A DNA stretch of 64,000 nt from Patescibacteria group bacterium UBA2105 (GTDB taxonomy: Bacteria > Patescibacteriota > Minisyncoccia > Phycocordibacterales > UBA2100). Position 1 is the stretch's first letter, and each line of letters starts with the position of its first letter. The notes below the pieces were generated by a model. The model worked only from the letters and a program-made list of their open reading frames with translations, searched no databases and was not told the origin of the DNA. Shown here piece after piece: positions 36,853 through 49,495 of this stretch. A program made the position numbers and the translations under genes. The stretch lies in the NCBI GenBank assembly GCA_002331495.1, contig DCYR01000007.1, positions 29,689-93,688 of the forward strand, given 5' to 3'.

Positions 36853-37953
36853 CTATCCGTGTCGAAACTCCATTGTATCACCGTCCTCAATAATATACTC
36901 TTTTCCCTCTGTACGAACCAAGCCTCGTTCTCTTGCTGCAGACCACGAACCTGCAGCAACAAGTGATTTCCAATGAATGGTTTCCGCGCGAATAAATTTG
37001 GTTTGAAAGTCAGTATGAATAACACCCGCCGCTTGCGGGGCCGTACTCCCGGCCTTAATGGTCCACGCTCGAGTTTCTTTCGGGCCGGTTGTAAAAAATG
37101 ATATGAGGTTGAGCAGTGCGTATCCGGTACGAATAAGCTCGTCCACCCCGCTCTCAATTACGCCAAACTCACGGCGAAACTCCGCCGTGTCGTCGTCGGC
37201 GACATCTTTTAGTTCGTTTTCAACCCCGGCATCTACTTCTACCCAAAATGCACCAGAGTCTTCAAGAAAGCGCTTTAGCAGCTCTCCCCGCTCATCAGAT
37301 TGCTCATGCACATTCAGCCCCGCACTTTTCTTGTTAAGTACGTACATGAATGGCTTCATCGTAATTAGGTGCAGTCCCTTAACCTGTTCGAGTTCCTTTT
37401 CGTCTAAGTTAGTGGCGCGAGCGAGTTTCCCAGACTCTAGAGTTGTCAAAAGTTTCTCCAAAGCTCCTCTCAAGACCGTGGCTTCCTTACTCCCGGATCG
37501 TATGTCTCGGTCAATAGTTCCGAGTCGCTTTGTCACTGTCTGAGTGTCCGCAAGGACGAGCTCAATGTTGATTATATCGATATCGTGGGTTGGATTAACC
37601 GCTCCGTGTACATGCACCACGTCTTCGTCATCAAAAACTCGCACCACTTGCGCGATGGCATTTACCTCACGAATGTTTGCAAGGAACTGATTTCCCAGCC
37701 CTTCCCCCTCCGAGGCGCCTTTCACAAGGCCTGCTATGTCTACAAACTCAACTGCGGCGGGGATTGCTTTTTCAGACTGTGACATTTCAGCAAGGCGCTT
37801 TAATCGCGTATCGGGAACAGCCACAACGCCGACAGATGGGTCGATTGTGCAAAATGGGAAATTCTCCGCCTGTACAGATTTTTTAGTAAGTGCATTAAAA
37901 AGTGTCGATTTGCCGACATTCGGTAGACCGACTATTCCAATAGATAAACTCAT
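36853..37953 (-). CDS. ychF: Ribosome-binding ATPase YchF (Obg-family GTPase)
   Basis: GIVGLPNVGKSTLFNALT, DIAGLV, NxxD pattern, TGS C-terminal domain. Confidence 0.9.
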   Translation of the reverse strand: MSLSIGIVGLPNVGKSTLFNALTKKSVQAENFPFCTIDPSVGVVAVPDTRLKRLAEMSQSEKAIPAAVEFVDIAGLVKGASEGEGLGNQFLANIREVNAIAQVVRVFDDEDVVHVHGAVNPTHDIDIINIELVLADTQTVTKRLGTIDRDIRSGSKEATVLRGALEKLLTTLESGKLARATNLDEKELEQVKGLHLITMKPFMYVLNKKSAGLNVHEQSDERGELLKRFLEDSGAFWVEVDAGVENELKDVADDDTAEFRREFGVIESGVDELIRTGYALLNLISFFTTGPKETRAWTIKAGSTAPQAAGVIHTDFQTKFIRAETIHWKSLVAAGSWSAARERGLVRTEGKEYIIEDGDTMEFRHG

Positions 37954-38094
37954 GACGTCTGAGTATAGGGGTATTTTACAAAATTAAAAGCCGCAGATGA
38001 GGCAAAAAAGAAAGGCAGGAAATGTCCACACGTGAAAAATGCCAGTACAAGTACTGACATCTTTCAGTGGTGCTCATTTCCCGAGGGAAATGGA

Positions 38095-38134
38095 CACCAT
38101 GGAATCCGGTTCCGAAGAACTGGATTCCATGGTG
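38095..38134. other. 13-bp perfect stem (CACCATGGAATCC / GGATTCCATGGTG) with 14-nt loop, flanked by two further hairpins (38043-38056, 38075-38092)
   Basis: Seen directly. It lies in the 315-nt spacer between the small protein gene and ychF, with no adjoining T-tract. Confidence 0.5.
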
Positions 38135-38268
38135 GCCACTTCTGATCCGAAGACCTGAAATAGTCACCAGTACGGCAATTAGCAAGCTAACTACCGTTTC
38201 AGTAAGATAGCAAACCGCAAAAAAATGTCAACAACTAATTTATGCTATGCAATCAAATGCGCAATATG

Positions 38269-38562
38269 TCAAATCTGCTTGCCCAACTGCTCAAGTTCCT
38301 TACGGTATTTTTTGCTTACTTCCATCATGGCCGTCATCTGGTCTTTGCCGCCCTTAACGAGCTCCTGGGATTCTTTGGCTATCTTCATGAAAAGCTCCGG
38401 GTTTTTTTCCACCATGGCCCCAATCATTTCGGCCTGGTCCTTGGGGAGGTTTTTGAGCTGCGCCTTCATCAATTTTTTTACAAGGAAGTTTTTAAACATA
38501 ATGTATGTATCTATTATCGGCTGCTTAGCTTGGCATTGTATCGTAAATGAAGATTGAATCAA
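38269..38562 (-). CDS. Hypothetical small helical protein
   Basis: 97-aa ORF; Lys/Glu-rich; no family recognised. Confidence 0.3.
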   Translation of the reverse strand: MIQSSFTIQCQAKQPIIDTYIMFKNFLVKKLMKAQLKNLPKDQAEMIGAMVEKNPELFMKIAKESQELVKGGKDQMTAMMEVSKKYRKELEQLGKQI

Positions 38563-38617
38563 CTAGTATTGACAGAAATATAATTTGGTGTTACAAATGC
38601 TCCACATTTAATAATGC

Positions 38618-40270
38618 ATGACTATGAGAAGTTTCTTTACGGCCGCAGGTATAAAGCTGCGAGCGTTCATATTTAGGTATTCGAACAAGCGTACTATTGC
38701 TGCTCTATTGGTAGTGATAGCTTTTTTGGCTTTTGGTGTTCTCAAGGCACTACTGTCAACAGAATCAGAGGAGGATTTGGGAATTGCACCGCGACAAGTA
38801 CAAGTTGCTCCGGCAGGGGCTCTGTCAGAGCTGGATTCAGTTTTTGAGTCTACCGGAGAAGTAAAGTCTCGTACACAAGGAGATCTACGTGTTCAAAGTG
38901 CCGGAATTGTGACGAACGTAAATTATCGTGTCGGACAGAAAGTCGAAGCCGGGACGATAATTGGGTCAGTAGAAAACGCTTCTCAACGGGCAGCAGTCGC
39001 TCAGGCCCAGGCTGGAGTAGCACAAGCCTTAGCTACTCGCAACAAGGTTGTTGGAGGAACTCGAGAAGAACAATTGGCGGTGCTCGCCACGAATACTCAA
39101 AGCGCTGAAAGATCTCTCATCGAGGCGTTAATCGCAACCAGGAATGCACTTCTTAGCATATATACAACAACTAACCGAGCCTTCACTGGTGGAGTAGATG
39201 TACTTTTTGACGATGCTGATGGAGCAAACCCGCAACTTTTATTTACCTCAACAAAAAACACCCAGCTACTGACTGCTGAGCATGAACGCCTTCTTTTGCA
39301 AAATATAATTGAACGCCATGTCGTGGCCTCGACACAGGTAAGCTATTACGACTCCACAAAGCTTCGCGAAGAAATGAATACAGTGGAAGAAGAGCTTCGT
39401 AAATTGAAGTCAATGCTCGACAGTCTTGTGGTAGCACTTGACGGCGCAGTCGCCGGAGGCCCAATAACAAATACATCCATTTCAACGTATAAGGCGATAG
39501 CAACTGAGGCGCAAGCCAGTGTACTTTCAGCTCTCACTACTCTTTCATCAACACGTGGTGTTCTCAACAACACCGAAGCTGCGCTTGTCGTGGCACAGAA
39601 AAATGAAGCTCAGGGGGTAAGGGGAGCCCAACAAGAAGACATAGATGCGGCGGAGGCGCAACTCTCCTCAGCAAAGGCGACTCTCGCACAGGCAGTGGCA
39701 CAGTTAGAGAAGACTCGGGTTCGGGCACCTGTCACGGGTGTCGTCACCATTCTAAACATTGAGCCGGGCGATTTTGTGACCTCCTTCCAAGATGTAGGGT
39801 TGGTAGCAAACAATGAATCTCTCGAGATACAAACGTACGTGTCTTCATCAGTTGTTGATCGCATTCGACTCGGAGGTTCGGTAACCGTGGGGGGAGCCTA
39901 CCCAGGAATTGTGACCAGTATTGCTCCTGGTGTAGACCCAGTGAAGCGACAGATTGAGGTTCGTGTGGCCCTTATCGAAGAAGGGACCCCAATGCTAAAC
40001 GGTACAAGAACCACTGTTGTATTTCTTGACTCGGGCGATGATAGGGCCATGGGTACGCTTCGTATTCCAATCTCGGCTTTAAAACTAGTAGGAGATTCGG
40101 CGTTTGTGTTTACCGTTGGACAAAACAGTACACTGGAGGCCCGCAGAGTGCAGCTTGGAAAAGTTATTCAATCAGCAGTCGAAATTCTTGCGGGTATTGA
40201 TCGCACAACCACAATCGTACTCGACTCTCGAGGACTCAACGACGGTGACAAAGTAGTCATCGCTAATTAG
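38618..40270 (+). CDS. Efflux RND-type periplasmic adaptor (membrane fusion protein, HlyD-like)
   Basis: N-terminal TM, long Ala/Gln-rich coiled coil, beta-barrel region RVRAPVTGVVTILNIEPGDFV. Confidence 0.75.
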   Translation: MTMRSFFTAAGIKLRAFIFRYSNKRTIAALLVVIAFLAFGVLKALLSTESEEDLGIAPRQVQVAPAGALSELDSVFESTGEVKSRTQGDLRVQSAGIVTNVNYRVGQKVEAGTIIGSVENASQRAAVAQAQAGVAQALATRNKVVGGTREEQLAVLATNTQSAERSLIEALIATRNALLSIYTTTNRAFTGGVDVLFDDADGANPQLLFTSTKNTQLLTAEHERLLLQNIIERHVVASTQVSYYDSTKLREEMNTVEEELRKLKSMLDSLVVALDGAVAGGPITNTSISTYKAIATEAQASVLSALTTLSSTRGVLNNTEAALVVAQKNEAQGVRGAQQEDIDAAEAQLSSAKATLAQAVAQLEKTRVRAPVTGVVTILNIEPGDFVTSFQDVGLVANNESLEIQTYVSSSVVDRIRLGGSVTVGGAYPGIVTSIAPGVDPVKRQIEVRVALIEEGTPMLNGTRTTVVFLDSGDDRAMGTLRIPISALKLVGDSAFVFTVGQNSTLEARRVQLGKVIQSAVEILAGIDRTTTIVLDSRGLNDGDKVVIAN

Positions 40271-40274
40271 TCGT

Positions 40275-43200
40275 TTGCGCATGTACAATTTTTGGAGCTT
40301 CTTTACGATTCGCAGTAGGTTTGGGGTCATACTCATTCTGGCAATTCTCTTTCTCGGTACGATGTCAATTGTTGACATCCCAAAGGAGTCTGCCCCTGAG
40401 GTAGATGTTCCTATCGCGGTGGTCACAACTCTGCTGCCTGGGGCATCACCCGAGGATGTAGAAAAGCTTGCTACAAACGTTTTGGAGGAGCCGCTAAAAA
40501 ACAGCCTCGACAACGTGCGTAACATTACCTCCAGTTCGAGCGAAGGACTTTCAGTGATTACAGTCGAATTTGAAGCAAGTGCCGATATACCTAAATCAAT
40601 GCGGAGTGTTCGTGATGAGGTAGATGCTGCCAAAGGCGATCTACCTTCCGAAGCTATTGACCCTCGCGTTGTCGAGATTGACTTCGCATCTGATCCGGTG
40701 GTTACAGCGACTCTCTCTGCGGACATACCGAAGGAACTGCTGTATCAGATAGGAGAAGATGCCGCTGATGAACTTGAAGATATTCGCGGAGTCTCCTCGG
40801 TTTCAATCGGAGGTGTTGAGAAACGTGAGGTCAGTGTCATCATCGATCGAAGCGCCCTACCGCAGCACGGTCTTACCGTAAACGATGTAACGCGGGCGAT
40901 AACCGGCGCGAACATCGCGTTGCCTGTTGGGAGTATACAAATTGGAGATGTAGAGTTTCCAGTCCGTTTGGCAGGAGATATCGCGACTTCGGAGGAAATA
41001 GCTGACATACCTATAATTGGAATCAGCGGGGTTCCCGTATACGTACGCGACATCGCTACTGTTGTTGATGGGCGTGGAGAGTCAGCCACACTTAGTCGAA
41101 CAAGCGTCGACAACAAGCCCTCAATAAATTCCGTGTCGTTTGAAGTATTTAAGAGTTCAGGAGCGAAGATAACACAAGTAAGTTCCCGTGTGCGTGACCG
41201 CCTGGATGAGATGACAGCAACGGGGGGGATGCTAGAGGGTATGCAAGTGTACGTCATGTTCGATAGTGGCGAACAACTAAATGACGACCTCACCACCCTC
41301 ACTCGTAGCGGGATACAGACAATCGCGTTGGTGACAATAGTACTGATGTTTGCTGTTGGGTGGCGAGAGGCGCTTATCGCGGCTGTATCCATTCCACTTT
41401 CTTTTTTGACTGCTTTTGTCGGACTCAACTATTCGGGAAATACACTAAACTTTGTGAGCCTCTTCGCGCTCATACTCTCAATTGGAGTAATCGTTGACTC
41501 GACCATTGTTATCGTCGAGGGCATTAATCGCCGCTTGCGTATCCTTGAGTCACATGAAGGTGAGTCGCGCGATGAACGTGAAGAGGTCAAGTCACACGCA
41601 GCTCTTGATACTGTTAAAGAGTTTTATGTGCCGCTTACCGCTGGGACACTAACGACCGTTGCAGTATTCGCACCACTGTTTATGGTTTCAGGAATTACTG
41701 GAGAATTCATAAAAAGTATCCCGTTCACGATTATTTTTGTACTACTCTCCTCACTTCTCGTCGCACTTGGTTTTGTACCTCTATTTGCAACCAAATTGCT
41801 TCGACGTGGCACTACCACATTGAACAACTTTGCGCGCAAGCGGGACAAATTTGTAAGACGTGCCGAAAAGAAATATCGTGAATATTTAGTAGAGTTTCTT
41901 GCAAACCGAGAGTCAGCGAACACTCTTTTGATAACGCTGCTTGTTCTTTTTGTGATGTCCTTGTCGCTACCGATTATGGGCGCAGTGGGAGTGATCTTTT
42001 TTGAAGATTCAAATTCCGACTGGATGTTTGTAGAGATTGAACTCCCGACTGGGACAATTCTCGAACGAACAGACCTTGAGGCATACAAAGCTGAGGAGAT
42101 ATTGTATACAATCCCCGAAGCTACTTCGTTTGCCACAACTGTTGGACGCACCAGTGCCTTTGCGGACCCGTTTGCCGGAGCTTCTGGAAGCGCGCGCTTT
42201 GCAAACATATTTATTACGCTTGACGAAAATCGTAAACGAGAGACTACTGAAATAGTAGATGACATCCGTGAAAAAATGAAAGTCATCCAGTCAGCTACTA
42301 TTCGTGTCGATCAGCTCAGCGACGGGCCTCCATCCTTGGCACCCGTGACAATAACTCTTGCAGGCGAGAGTCTTGCCGATCTCGATCAGTCTTCCCTTTT
42401 GGTAGAGGACATTCTTGAGGAAATACCAGGTACAACTGATATAACCTCCAGTGTAAAGAACAATACCAATGAGATTGTACTCAACATTAACCGCGCAGAA
42501 GTTGTTGCTCAAGGTGTAAGCATTGCAGCTATTGCGAGCAACCTCCGTGCTGCACTCTACGGGGAAGAAGCTACTGAGATCAAGCAGCTTGGAGATGACA
42601 TAGACATTGTTACCCGTCTTTCTCTCGACGGAGAGAATGGTGCAGACATTTTTGCGACAAATGCAACCACAATCGATGCACTCTCACAGATAGAAGTTGC
42701 CGCTCCCGGAGGTGACACACTGCCCCTGTCATCCTTTGTGACAGCTGAGGTTAAACCAAGTCGTGCAACCATAAGTCACAAAGACGGCTCTCGTATAGCT
42801 ACAGTCTCCAGTCGTCTTACGCAAGAGGGTAACGCTCTTGAAGTATCTCGCGAATTTGAAAAGCGCATTGAAGCCGCGCCTATGCCAGAGGGTGTTGCGG
42901 TTTCAATCGGCGGAGAAAGTGAGGATATCGACCAGTCATTTCGCGATATGTTTACCGCCCTTGTTATCGGAGTAGTGAGTATGTTCGCGATTCTTGTGCT
43001 TCAGTTTAACTCATTCCGCTATGCACTCTATGTGCTCGCGATTGTCCCACTTTCTCTTATTGGAGTATTTTCCGGCTTGATGATTACCGGAAGTCCACTC
43101 TCGTTTCCATCAATCATGGGTTTCATTGCACTTTCAGGTATTGTGGTGAACAATTCCATTATCCTTGTTGACACCATAAATAACGAGCGTCGTCGTTACG

Positions 43201-43430
43201 GAGCCTCCAAAACAATTAATGAAATCGTTGCAGATGCCAGTGCCTCGCGCCTGCGCCCAGTCATTCTCACCGCGCTTACGACGGTAATCGGTATGGTCCC
43301 GCTTCTCTTTGCGGCTGCTTTGTGGGTGCCACTCGCCTACGCCATAATGTTTGGACTTGCGTTTGCAACGATTATTACCCTCTTACTTGTACCAAGCATT
43401 TATGCTCGTTGGCCAGGAACACTTCATTAG
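40275..43430 (+). CDS. Efflux RND transporter permease (AcrB/HAE family, 12 TM, two large periplasmic loops)
   Basis: 1051 aa; characteristic alternation of TM bundles and periplasmic domains; adjacent adaptor gene. Confidence 0.85.
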   Translation: MRMYNFWSFFTIRSRFGVILILAILFLGTMSIVDIPKESAPEVDVPIAVVTTLLPGASPEDVEKLATNVLEEPLKNSLDNVRNITSSSSEGLSVITVEFEASADIPKSMRSVRDEVDAAKGDLPSEAIDPRVVEIDFASDPVVTATLSADIPKELLYQIGEDAADELEDIRGVSSVSIGGVEKREVSVIIDRSALPQHGLTVNDVTRAITGANIALPVGSIQIGDVEFPVRLAGDIATSEEIADIPIIGISGVPVYVRDIATVVDGRGESATLSRTSVDNKPSINSVSFEVFKSSGAKITQVSSRVRDRLDEMTATGGMLEGMQVYVMFDSGEQLNDDLTTLTRSGIQTIALVTIVLMFAVGWREALIAAVSIPLSFLTAFVGLNYSGNTLNFVSLFALILSIGVIVDSTIVIVEGINRRLRILESHEGESRDEREEVKSHAALDTVKEFYVPLTAGTLTTVAVFAPLFMVSGITGEFIKSIPFTIIFVLLSSLLVALGFVPLFATKLLRRGTTTLNNFARKRDKFVRRAEKKYREYLVEFLANRESANTLLITLLVLFVMSLSLPIMGAVGVIFFEDSNSDWMFVEIELPTGTILERTDLEAYKAEEILYTIPEATSFATTVGRTSAFADPFAGASGSARFANIFITLDENRKRETTEIVDDIREKMKVIQSATIRVDQLSDGPPSLAPVTITLAGESLADLDQSSLLVEDILEEIPGTTDITSSVKNNTNEIVLNINRAEVVAQGVSIAAIASNLRAALYGEEATEIKQLGDDIDIVTRLSLDGENGADIFATNATTIDALSQIEVAAPGGDTLPLSSFVTAEVKPSRATISHKDGSRIATVSSRLTQEGNALEVSREFEKRIEAAPMPEGVAVSIGGESEDIDQSFRDMFTALVIGVVSMFAILVLQFNSFRYALYVLAIVPLSLIGVFSGLMITGSPLSFPSIMGFIALSGIVVNNSIILVDTINNERRRYGASKTINEIVADASASRLRPVILTALTTVIGMVPLLFAAALWVPLAYAIMFGLAFATIITLLLVPSIYARWPGTLH

Positions 43431-44239
43431 TATTGTTTAACCCAAAACTTTAAGGGGCCAAACTGCTTATAGGTACCTACTTTAGTTCGATTTATCTCGA
43501 GTGCGAGGCCGCCGACGCCAAGTTTCTTTCCTACCTCGTGAGCGAGCGTGCGCATATAGGTACCAGCGCTTGCGGTGCAGGTTATGTCGAGCACCTGCAA
43601 TGGCTGCACATCAGTTTTGTGCCAAGCATTCCATGAATCGATCACTTCATGTCTGCGGAAGTCACGGCCAAGGCGCTTCGACTCATCGGTTACAATTGCG
43701 AGTGAATGAATTTTCTCTAGTGTTCGTTGTTTGAGCTTCTCTGGGGAAATGGTGCGCACGCCGTTAAGTTCAAGTTTGTATACTTCCCCTGTCGACTCCG
43801 GTACTTCAATCTCATCAAGTCGATCCTCCAGGAACCATTGAAAGAGAGGCTTGCCTCTAACAGGCTTCGAAGATATGACCGGGTACGGCCACTTGTAGGG
43901 GCCGACGAACTCCTCAAGCGGGACCTTCAGGTAGTCTTCTGGGAACGTACGGGTGTCTTTCTTGTATGTGAGTCTACCCAGTACATCGTGAGAATCGCTT
44001 GCTAGTCCGAGCACGATAGAGACCTCATACTCCTTATCTAGATTCCAGTATTTGTTGACGTCTTTGCATTCAGTTCCGGTAAGCACCAAAAGTTTTCCCT
44101 CTGCCATTGGGTCCAGTCGGCCAGCATAGGCCATCGGTATATGCTCGGGAAGTTCTTCTTCCTTTCGCGAGCGCTCTAAGGCTTGCAGAGGGGTTTCCCC
44201 TACTTCTTTTTTGAGTACGTAGACTCTGTCCGTATTCAT
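43427..44239 (-). CDS. truB: tRNA pseudouridine(55) synthase TruB-like
   Basis: AYAGRLDPMAEGKLLVL (catalytic Asp motif) and TASAGTYMRTLAHEVG. Confidence 0.65.
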   Translation of the reverse strand: MNTDRVYVLKKEVGETPLQALERSRKEEELPEHIPMAYAGRLDPMAEGKLLVLTGTECKDVNKYWNLDKEYEVSIVLGLASDSHDVLGRLTYKKDTRTFPEDYLKVPLEEFVGPYKWPYPVISSKPVRGKPLFQWFLEDRLDEIEVPESTGEVYKLELNGVRTISPEKLKQRTLEKIHSLAIVTDESKRLGRDFRRHEVIDSWNAWHKTDVQPLQVLDITCTASAGTYMRTLAHEVGKKLGVGGLALEINRTKVGTYKQFGPLKFWVKQY

Positions 44240-44544
44240 TTGTTTGCTAGTTCGCGCGCAAGTTCAACCACTGTCTCCATGTTGTCGTTGCGGGCAAGTT
44301 TATTCTTTTTAACGTAGTCGCACTTAGTGCATTTGTGCATCAAAATATAGTCGTTTCCACTCTGTACAACCTCAATAGGCTTCATTAATCCACCGCACGT
44401 TGCGGCTCTGTCCCCTGGGTTCACATCCACATGCTTACTCCAGAGACACTCCGGACAATGATTGGTATACCCGTCTCCTTCCACGTGAGCGTCACAATGC
44501 TCACAATCAAAGTCCTCAACTCTACGCTGGAATTCTTTGGCCAT
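44236..44544 (-). CDS. RNHCP-domain zinc-ribbon protein
   Basis: TNHCPECLWSKHVD plus flanking CxxC pairs. Overlaps the truB start by 4 nt. Confidence 0.55.
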   Translation of the reverse strand: MAKEFQRRVEDFDCEHCDAHVEGDGYTNHCPECLWSKHVDVNPGDRAATCGGLMKPIEVVQSGNDYILMHKCTKCDYVKKNKLARNDNMETVVELARELANK

Positions 44545-44621
44545 AATCTAGTGAAATGAGCGCCGTGAAGTTCGCCTAGCGAATTCATGGCCGAATGAAC
44601 GACGATTATATGAGAGCAATT

Positions 44622-44891
44622 TTAATTGCTGCTCTTATCACTAGAGCATAGCACCACAGCCTTGTTATCGGCAACTTCCAAAACCCCACCGTTAATGGGG
44701 AATTCTTTTTTCTCGCCGAGGGTTGTGGTCACTCGTAGTGTGCACGGGTCAAGTGGAGTTATGAATGGCTCGTGATTTGCGAGCACTGACATCTCCCCGC
44801 CAACTCCACGACAGTGTAGTTCGAACGCCTCACCATCAAAAATTGGCTCGGCAACTGTTACTATTCTCAATGTGAAAGGTTTTCGTGCCAT
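44622..44891 (-). CDS. atpC: F1 ATP synthase epsilon subunit
   Basis: N-terminal beta-sandwich pattern; last gene of the atp operon. Confidence 0.8.
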   Translation of the reverse strand: MARKPFTLRIVTVAEPIFDGEAFELHCRGVGGEMSVLANHEPFITPLDPCTLRVTTTLGEKKEFPINGGVLEVADNKAVVLCSSDKSSN

Positions 44892-45014
44892 GATTCCGAT
44901 TTTTAAAAAATGATAGAACGTATTGCAGTTCGAGGCGCGTGCGCATTTTGGACGAGGTGTATGTGGGATACAGCGAGGAACAAAATGCGAAACGCAACAA
45001 AGAAATGCGGTACG

Positions 45015-46980
<1,966 letters not shown>

Positions 46981-46984
46981 ACAA

Positions 46985-47902
46985 CTACTTCATGGCTTCG
47001 ATGCCGCTGGTAATTTCACTAACCTCTCGGGTAATAACTGCCTGGCGAGCTTTGTTGAACTTCAACATAAGCTCGTGACTGAGCTCACCCGCTTTGTCAG
47101 TTGCGTTTTTCATGGCCACCATTCGTGCAGAGTGCTCAGACGCTTTTGATTCCAAGAGTGAGTGGTAGACAACAATATTTACAAGGGCAGGGATAATTGA
47201 TTCAAGAACAACCTCGGGTGATGGCTCAATTGTGTAGGCTGTGGCGGTTCGCCCATTATGTTCGGTGTCTGAATACTTTCCTGTCTCAGGCACAATAGCC
47301 TCCACAACTTCGTCCAATGCTCCTCGTGAGAGCGGCAAGATGCGACGAAGTACTGCTTCTTGCTCAAATGTTGATCTAAAGTTGGTGTATGCGACGTACC
47401 AGGCGCGCGTATCTCCATCTTCGTGCATTTTCACAACCATATCGGTGATCTCCCGCATGTCTTCCTCGCCCACGGAGTCACTTTTATTTTCTTGATATGA
47501 GAGAACTTCCAAGTCGCGACTACGAATGAATTCATGTCCGCGCCGGCCGATACACATGAATACTTTATCCCCATCTTTGTACTTGGGGTCACCCAAGAAA
47601 GCATCAACCTTCCTGAGAACCGCGCTGTTGAGCGAACCTGCAAGGCCTTTGTCGCTCGTCACGACAATGATTCCGTACTTTCCTTGCGTGCGCGGTTGCA
47701 TCATAAAATGGTTTTGTGTGTCCACACTCCCACTTAGGTTGCTCAAGATACGTAATGCGCCGGCAGCGTAGGCGCGGCCACCTAAGGCGCGCTCTTGAGC
47801 TTTACGCATTTTCACAGCAGAAACAGCCTCCATTGCTCGCGTTACTTTACGCGTTTTGTTGATAGATTCTCTCTTCGATTTTAGCTGCTTCAATCCGGCC
47901 AT
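46985..47902 (-). CDS. atpG: F1 ATP synthase gamma subunit
   Basis: N- and C-terminal coiled-coil helices (KSKRESINKTRKVTRAMEAVSAVKMRKAQ). Confidence 0.9.
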   Translation of the reverse strand: MAGLKQLKSKRESINKTRKVTRAMEAVSAVKMRKAQERALGGRAYAAGALRILSNLSGSVDTQNHFMMQPRTQGKYGIIVVTSDKGLAGSLNSAVLRKVDAFLGDPKYKDGDKVFMCIGRRGHEFIRSRDLEVLSYQENKSDSVGEEDMREITDMVVKMHEDGDTRAWYVAYTNFRSTFEQEAVLRRILPLSRGALDEVVEAIVPETGKYSDTEHNGRTATAYTIEPSPEVVLESIIPALVNIVVYHSLLESKASEHSARMVAMKNATDKAGELSHELMLKFNKARQAVITREVSEITSGIEAMK

Positions 47903-47907
47903 ACTTT

Positions 47908-49482
47908 CTACTCTTCGTCTGTACTAAATAGATCCGTGTGCGTTTTCTTGAAGTCTTCCATTGCCGAGTCGATCTTCTCCGTTGTGGCGTCTTCAAGCTT
48001 TCCTGTGCTGTGAATCTCTTTAAGAACATCGCTGTGTTGACCGTCGATGTACTCAAGCCACTTGCCCTCTGCTGTCGTCACATCTTCAACCTTTATGCCA
48101 GCGAAGAGGCCGTTGATACCTGCGTAAATTGAGACGACTTGCTTCTCAAACGGCAAAGGTTCACCGTTGCGTTGCTTCAAGAGCTCGGCCATGCGGCGGC
48201 CAGAGTCAATTCGCTTTTTGGTAGCCTCGTCGAGGTCTTGTGCGAACTGCATGAATGCCTCGAGCTCGCGGAACTGCGCAAGCTCAATTCGAATTGAGCC
48301 ACCTACTGCTTTCATAGCTTTTGTCTGCGCACTTGAGCCCACACGTGAGACCGAGTTACCAACATCGATCGCTGGACGTGTTCCTTTGTTGAAGAGTCCT
48401 GCGTCGAGGAAGATTTGCCCATCGGTAATCGAGATAACGTTCGTCGGGATGTATGACGATACGTCACCTTCTTGGGTTTCAATAATTGGTAGCGCGGTAA
48501 GCGAGCCCCCGCCTTTCTCATCTGAGAGCTTTGCTGCGCGTTCAAGGAGACGTGAGTGTAGATAGAAAATGTCTCCAGGGTACGCCTCACGCCCTGGCGG
48601 CCTTCGGAGCAAGAGTGAGAGCTGGCGGTACGCAACAGCTTGTTTTGAGAGGTCATCGTAGATCACCAGTGCATCACGACCCCTATCCATGAAGTACTCA
48701 CCAATGGTGGCTCCAGAAAAAGGCGCAAGGAATTGCAGCGCAGCAGGCGCTGCGGCTGAAGCTGAGACGACCACAGTGTAGTCCATCGCTCCTGCTTCTT
48801 CGAGTTGGGCAACGATACGAGCAGTTTTAGATTCCTTTTGCCCAACAGCGACGTAGATACAGATCGGTCGCGTATCTTCAGGTTCGTTTTTTTGGTTGAG
48901 GATGGCGTCGATTGCCACGGTGGTCTTACCGGTAAATCGGTCACCGATAATGAGCTCGCGCTGTCCGCGGCCGATTGGCACCATGGCGTCAATCGCCTTA
49001 ATACCGGTGTGGATTGGAGTATCTACCGACTTTCGATCGATTACTCCGTACGCATCACGCTCAATTGGCGCGTAGGAATCAGATTCAATTGGCCCCTTGC
49101 CATCGAGTGGCTCAGCCAGGGTATTCACAACGCGGCCGAGGAGTGACTCTCCAACTGGAATTGAAAGGACACGCCCGGTGGACTTCACCAACATCCCCTC
49201 CTGGACACGCTCTACATCACCAAGAACCACGGCCTTCACCGCGTCTTCTTCAAGGTTGAGCACCAATCCATACAGCGCCTCCTTTGAAGACATTGCTTCC
49301 TCAAGGCTCTTGTCTCCTGAATCGTCAAAGAGCACCATTTCGCTCATGACTGCGTTCTCAAGCCCCTCGATCTCGGCGACTCCATCTCCGACGCGCACCA
49401 CGCGCCCCACTTTTTCTAGGTCGGTTGTCGGTTCGAACTTCTCTATCTCTTTCTGTATTTTCTCAATTATTAACGTGTCCAT
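47908..49482 (-). CDS. atpA: F1 ATP synthase alpha subunit
   Basis: GDRFTGKT P-loop; 524 aa. Confidence 0.95.
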   Translation of the reverse strand: MDTLIIEKIQKEIEKFEPTTDLEKVGRVVRVGDGVAEIEGLENAVMSEMVLFDDSGDKSLEEAMSSKEALYGLVLNLEEDAVKAVVLGDVERVQEGMLVKSTGRVLSIPVGESLLGRVVNTLAEPLDGKGPIESDSYAPIERDAYGVIDRKSVDTPIHTGIKAIDAMVPIGRGQRELIIGDRFTGKTTVAIDAILNQKNEPEDTRPICIYVAVGQKESKTARIVAQLEEAGAMDYTVVVSASAAAPAALQFLAPFSGATIGEYFMDRGRDALVIYDDLSKQAVAYRQLSLLLRRPPGREAYPGDIFYLHSRLLERAAKLSDEKGGGSLTALPIIETQEGDVSSYIPTNVISITDGQIFLDAGLFNKGTRPAIDVGNSVSRVGSSAQTKAMKAVGGSIRIELAQFRELEAFMQFAQDLDEATKKRIDSGRRMAELLKQRNGEPLPFEKQVVSIYAGINGLFAGIKVEDVTTAEGKWLEYIDGQHSDVLKEIHSTGKLEDATTEKIDSAMEDFKKTHTDLFSTDEE

Positions 49483-49495
49483 ATGTTTTTTGCTT

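Noticed and set aside
37976-38185. 69-aa minus-strand ORF in the ychF upstream spacer
   Set aside because: Its sequence is dictated by the palindromic hairpins (repetitive GIQFFGTGFHGVHF), with no start context. It is more likely a structured non-coding region.
37954-38268. RNase P RNA, tmRNA or SRP RNA in the hairpin-rich spacer
   Set aside because: The conserved signatures are not present on either strand: GGAAAGTCCGG / ACAGAANCCGGCTTA for RNase P, a tRNA-like 3' end with CCA for tmRNA, and GGAA-tetraloop domain IV for SRP.
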